Assembly (NCBI GenBank): GCA_965225735.1
Contig: CBDDBN010000025.1
Span: 169,963 to 201,962 of the forward strand
Reading direction: 5' to 3'
Origin: Denitrobaculum sp.
GTDB taxonomy: Bacteria; Pseudomonadota; Alphaproteobacteria; Kiloniellales; Kiloniellaceae
DNA length: 32,000 bases
Shown here: piece by piece, positions 29,404 through 32,000 of the stretch
How positions within the stretch are numbered: position 1 is the stretch's first letter
Layout: each line of letters begins with the position of its first letter
The notes under the pieces: generated by a model
Told to the model about the DNA's origin: nothing
Databases searched by the model: none
The model's input: the letters and a program-made list of their open reading frames with translations, nothing else
Translations under genes and position numbers: made by a program

Positions 29404-30015
29404 TCAGAGACCCGATGTGAGATATGACGCGATCAGGGGGTTCGAGGTGACCCTCCAATAGAGTTCCTGCAGACCGGGTGTTCGCTCGAGCAAGCCAGGC
29501 AGCCATTCCAGGTATGAACTCAATGCCTAGGCCAGGACGACATCGGCGAAGGTCATCTGGTCCGCAACGCAAGAACCCGACCCCTGCGTCACGATGATCA
29601 CCTCGAAGCGCGGGCTGAACTTGGCAAAGCGCGCTTCGAGTTCGGCGGTTGCGATTTCGACACTGGGCCTAAAGGCGACTTGCATCACAGTCTCGGCGAA
29701 GGCAGCAACGACACCTGCGATCATGTCGGCCCACATGGCTTCCGTATCATTGGCGCCGTAAAGCCCGCCCCGCCGCGCGAGATAGCGGATCGTCGCGGAG
29801 GACTGACTGGGGTGATGGCCGTCCAGCTCCAGCAAGGGCATCTGGTCAAAGTGAGGTTTGCCGGATGCGCGCAGGTCCGCCGGTTCTGCCGCAGTGTCTA
29901 TGGGCAGATTGACGAAATCGACACCGGTGCCGGTCAGCGTTTCCGAAGTAACGCCGTGATCACGAAAAAAACCGAAGAAACCTTCGTTACCTAGAGTACG
30001 GGTGCCAAAAAGCAC
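29404..30015 (-). pseudogene. Glutathione S-transferase interrupted by an in-frame TAG
   Basis: The 162-aa ORF (..FDQMPLLELDGHHPSQSSATIRYLARRGGLYG.. is the GST N-domain) stops at the TAG at 29527-29529. The same frame then continues for 40 more codons (ALSSYLEWLPGLLERTPGLQELYWRVTSNPLIASYLTSGL*), which is the expected GST C-terminus. The total would be 203 aa. The GTG start has no convincing RBS. Confidence 0.75.
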
Positions 30016-30136
30016 CTAGGAGAACGAAAACCCTTCTCGGAAGGTAGGTCGCGGACTCACACGAGAGAAAACCTCGGTCTGCCTGACGTGGAATTGGAAG
30101 AAATCGACTGTCTTTTCGCAGGGAGCACATAGATTC

Positions 30137-30718
30137 ATGACCAGAAAAATACTCGGCCACTATCTTGCACTTGGTGTCATGCTGATCGCCATACAGTCTG
30201 CCAGCGCGGCGGAGAGCGGTGATAAGAGCGACTTACTGTTGCTCGAGAAATTCATAACCAACGCAAAGGGTGTTCATTTTTATACTATTTTCACACCGAA
30301 CTCCAAATGTCGTAAGATGAAGGTGGTCGAGCACACCCCCGGCGATAACGTCAGGTTTTCAGTCACCAATGGAAATTCGGAAGGTTATTTCGGCGTCGGC
30401 GGCCGCAATGGCTATACCACCTATTTTCCAACCGTAACGGATGTAGAGAGATCCGGAACGATCAGCGACTCAAGAGCGATTCAGTGCGCCAAGTTTCCAG
30501 ACTATCGGAAAGCCGCGTACTCGAAGTCGATTAAGACCAAGGAGGGCATCCCCTTCGTATGGGTATTTAAAAACGTCCAAGGCTTTTGTTTGCGAAAGTC
30601 TGTGCTTCCCGGCTGCAGGGTCTCGTGCTTGCAGCGCGTGCCAGAGCAGAGGGATGTTTTTGCCATCGCGATGACAAAGGAGGTCGCGGAAAAAGTCTCC
30701 GGTGGGCAGTGCTACTGA
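30137..30718 (+). CDS. Secreted cysteine-containing hypothetical protein
   Basis: 193 aa. Signal peptide ...IAIQSASA-AE, six Cys in the mature part, low GC, no family recognised. Confidence 0.6.
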   Translation: MTRKILGHYLALGVMLIAIQSASAAESGDKSDLLLLEKFITNAKGVHFYTIFTPNSKCRKMKVVEHTPGDNVRFSVTNGNSEGYFGVGGRNGYTTYFPTVTDVERSGTISDSRAIQCAKFPDYRKAAYSKSIKTKEGIPFVWVFKNVQGFCLRKSVLPGCRVSCLQRVPEQRDVFAIAMTKEVAEKVSGGQCY

Positions 30719-30757
30719 ACAAGAGGCGGCATACATTCGTCCTACCAAGCCGCGTAC

Positions 30758-30818
30758 GACCCGATCGGCCTTAGCTTCTTCAGAAAGACCGATCGGGTCA
30801 GATTCAGTTTTGTGAATC
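30758..30818. terminator. Hairpin pair between convergent genes (possible bidirectional terminator)
   Basis: GACCCGATCGG-N20-CCGATCGGGTC is an 11-bp perfect stem (30758-30799). It is followed immediately by GATTCA-gttttg-TGAATC (30801-30818). Confidence 0.5.
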
Positions 30819-30887
30819 AAATCGACAACCGACGCACAGCTTTGAACCTGCCCTCAGCTTCAGACCTCTGCGAACCCAATACATCGC

Positions 30888-31412
30888 TTAATGTCGGACG
30901 ATTTTATAGGTTTTATCAGAGAGGATCCACTGATTGGCTGTGTCGGGATAAAGATCGCCACCCTCGGCGCCTAGCTTTTTGTAAAAGGCCTCCGCTTCAT
31001 CATCGAGGGGTGCAAATGTTATGTGCCCCTTTTTCGCTTGATCTAACTCACAAGAACGTCTGACGGCCTCTTGGACCAAAGCCTGCCCGACACCGTTTCT
31101 TCGCGCGCTCGGCATGACCAATACACCGATGATCTTGTTTTCGCTCATTGCAAGCACGCCGGCCAGTTTTCCGTTCAACCGGTACAAACACAAGAAATCT
31201 ACCGCATCGGCTTCCATGTAGATGAGTCCCGCAACCTTTACGACTTTAGGGTCCTGCAGGTCCTCTGGGTTTTCATTGATTCTGCTTTCTATAAAATCGT
31301 ATGTCTTCCTGGATCGCGAGTCGGTCTTGGTTAAGATGCGGAAAAACGGCGCACCATTGATCCAATTGGGATCCCACTTTTTAAGTCTCTCAATATCATC
31401 TAAATCGGACAT
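30888..31412 (-). CDS. GNAT-family N-acetyltransferase with an uncharacterised N-terminal region
   Basis: 174 aa. Acetyl-CoA motif A VMPSARRNGVGQALVQEA. RBS GGAG 9 nt upstream. Low GC. Confidence 0.7.
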   Translation of the reverse strand: MSDLDDIERLKKWDPNWINGAPFFRILTKTDSRSRKTYDFIESRINENPEDLQDPKVVKVAGLIYMEADAVDFLCLYRLNGKLAGVLAMSENKIIGVLVMPSARRNGVGQALVQEAVRRSCELDQAKKGHITFAPLDDEAEAFYKKLGAEGGDLYPDTANQWILSDKTYKIVRH

Positions 31413-31741
31413 CTCAAATTCTCCAATATTGAAAATACATCCCTTCGACTGAGATTAATCCTGTAGTAGAGGCAAGTGACCGTCCGGAAAATCAGATGGA
31501 TACTTTACCAGTTCGACTGCGAATGCAGCGTAACACTAGCCGCGAAGTTCGTCGACGCGAGTGACCTTGCGATTGATTTTAGCCCGAGAGTGAAATTACA
31601 AAGGCAGTTCTGCGAGAGCCTTAGAAGTTCCGGCGGCACGACACACAAGCTCTGGACCTCATCCTGTTGGAATCTTAAGAGGCAGGCCGTAACTTGTACG
31701 TCATTTCTCGACGACACTCCCCCTCCCGGCCCTTCAGTGAG

Positions 31742-31780
31742 GGCTCACTCAAATTTGAGTCCGCACCACAGATTTCCCTC
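31742..31780 (+). repeat. Copy 1 of a diverged direct repeat (core GCACCACAGATTTCC)
   Basis: CTCACTCAAATTTGAGTCCGCACCACAGATTTCCCTC matches 31925-31961 at 30 of 37 positions. Weaker similarity extends about 70 nt upstream (GGAATCTT..., CACTC..CC...GCCCTTC). Confidence 0.6.
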
Positions 31781-31924
31781 AACCAAGAGGCTGAGATCGT
31801 TCCTGTGCGTTTGACTTCATCACCGGGATTAGGTCGCAAACGGCTTGCAAAGAAAACCGGAATCTTCATTCAATATCAATATTTTAATCACTCTCCAACC
31901 TAAGCCCCTTCGGCTCACTGTCTC

Positions 31925-31961
31925 CTCACTCCATTTTGAGCGGGCACCACAGATTTCCTCC
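31925..31961 (+). repeat. Copy 2 of the diverged direct repeat
   Basis: CTCACTCCATTTTGAGCGGGCACCACAGATTTCCTCC lies about 183 nt downstream of copy 1. The array may continue beyond the window. Confidence 0.6.
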
Positions 31962-32000
31962 ATCTTTGACACTTACATCGTCACTGAGCGGGAGGCTGTT

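Noticed and set aside
29303-29572. 89-aa minus-strand ORF overlapping the GST tail
   Set aside because: It is out of frame with the GST C-terminal continuation, and that continuation translates into a recognisable GST C-terminus.
31925-31961. Sigma-54 promoter (GG-N10-GC) reading of GGGCACCACAGATTTCC in the terminal repeat
   Set aside because: The spacing places TT where the -12 GC is required, and copy 1 lacks the GG.
31833-32000. Open frame running off the right edge (…ITLQPKPLRLTVSSLHFERAPQISSIFDTYIVTEREAV)
   Set aside because: There is no convincing start or RBS and the composition is unremarkable. Its similarity to the upstream ORF (SLKFESAPQIS) lies in a different frame, which points to a DNA-level repeat and not a gene. 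It cannot be resolved without sequence beyond 32,000.

Overview
The window looks like a high-GC alphaproteobacterium-type chromosome. Hand counts of sampled 60-nt lines give about 62-68% GC in the core genes. No rRNA gene, tRNA gene or CRISPR array was recognised on either strand.

Positions 1 to about 23,100 are ordinary, tightly packed core genome:
- a partial ArsR-type regulator (missed by the ORF track because it runs off the left edge) divergent from a LysE exporter
- an NTF2/SnoaL-like protein
- a chromate efflux pair, rhodanese-ChrB fusion plus chrA, overlapping by ATGA
- a secreted class-C-like serine hydrolase
- an unlisted 55-aa two-TM ORF
- a five-gene minus-strand operon (PotA/PotD/PotB/PotC-like ABC importer plus an Asp/Glu/hydantoin racemase) facing a GntR/FCD regulator, with a perfect 14-bp palindrome between them
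- a complete phosphite-oxidation locus split into divergent ptxABC and ptxD-ptxE units
- cobP-cobW-cobN-cobO, the aerobic-route cobalt chelation and adenosylation genes

From about 23,100 to the right edge the window becomes an accessory mosaic:
- a secreted protein built of KFGH[KR] tandem repeats (30 His), divergent from the cob operon across a 369-bp structured leader
- a segment of about 43-48% GC carrying a 936-aa orphan lipoprotein (coiled-coil N-terminal part, two C-terminal Ig/IPT-like modules), followed 34 bp later by a 64-aa degenerate cold-shock-fold protein
- an IS110-family element flanked by an imperfect 25-27 bp direct repeat, with long non-coding ends
- a high-GC glutathione S-transferase gene broken by an in-frame amber codon
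- a second low-GC segment with a secreted Cys-rich orphan, a GNAT acetyltransferase, and diverged direct repeats running to the window edge

The best candidates for undescribed biology are the histidine-repeat protein next to the cobalt genes and the lipoprotein plus cold-shock-like pair. Neither can be assigned a function from sequence alone.
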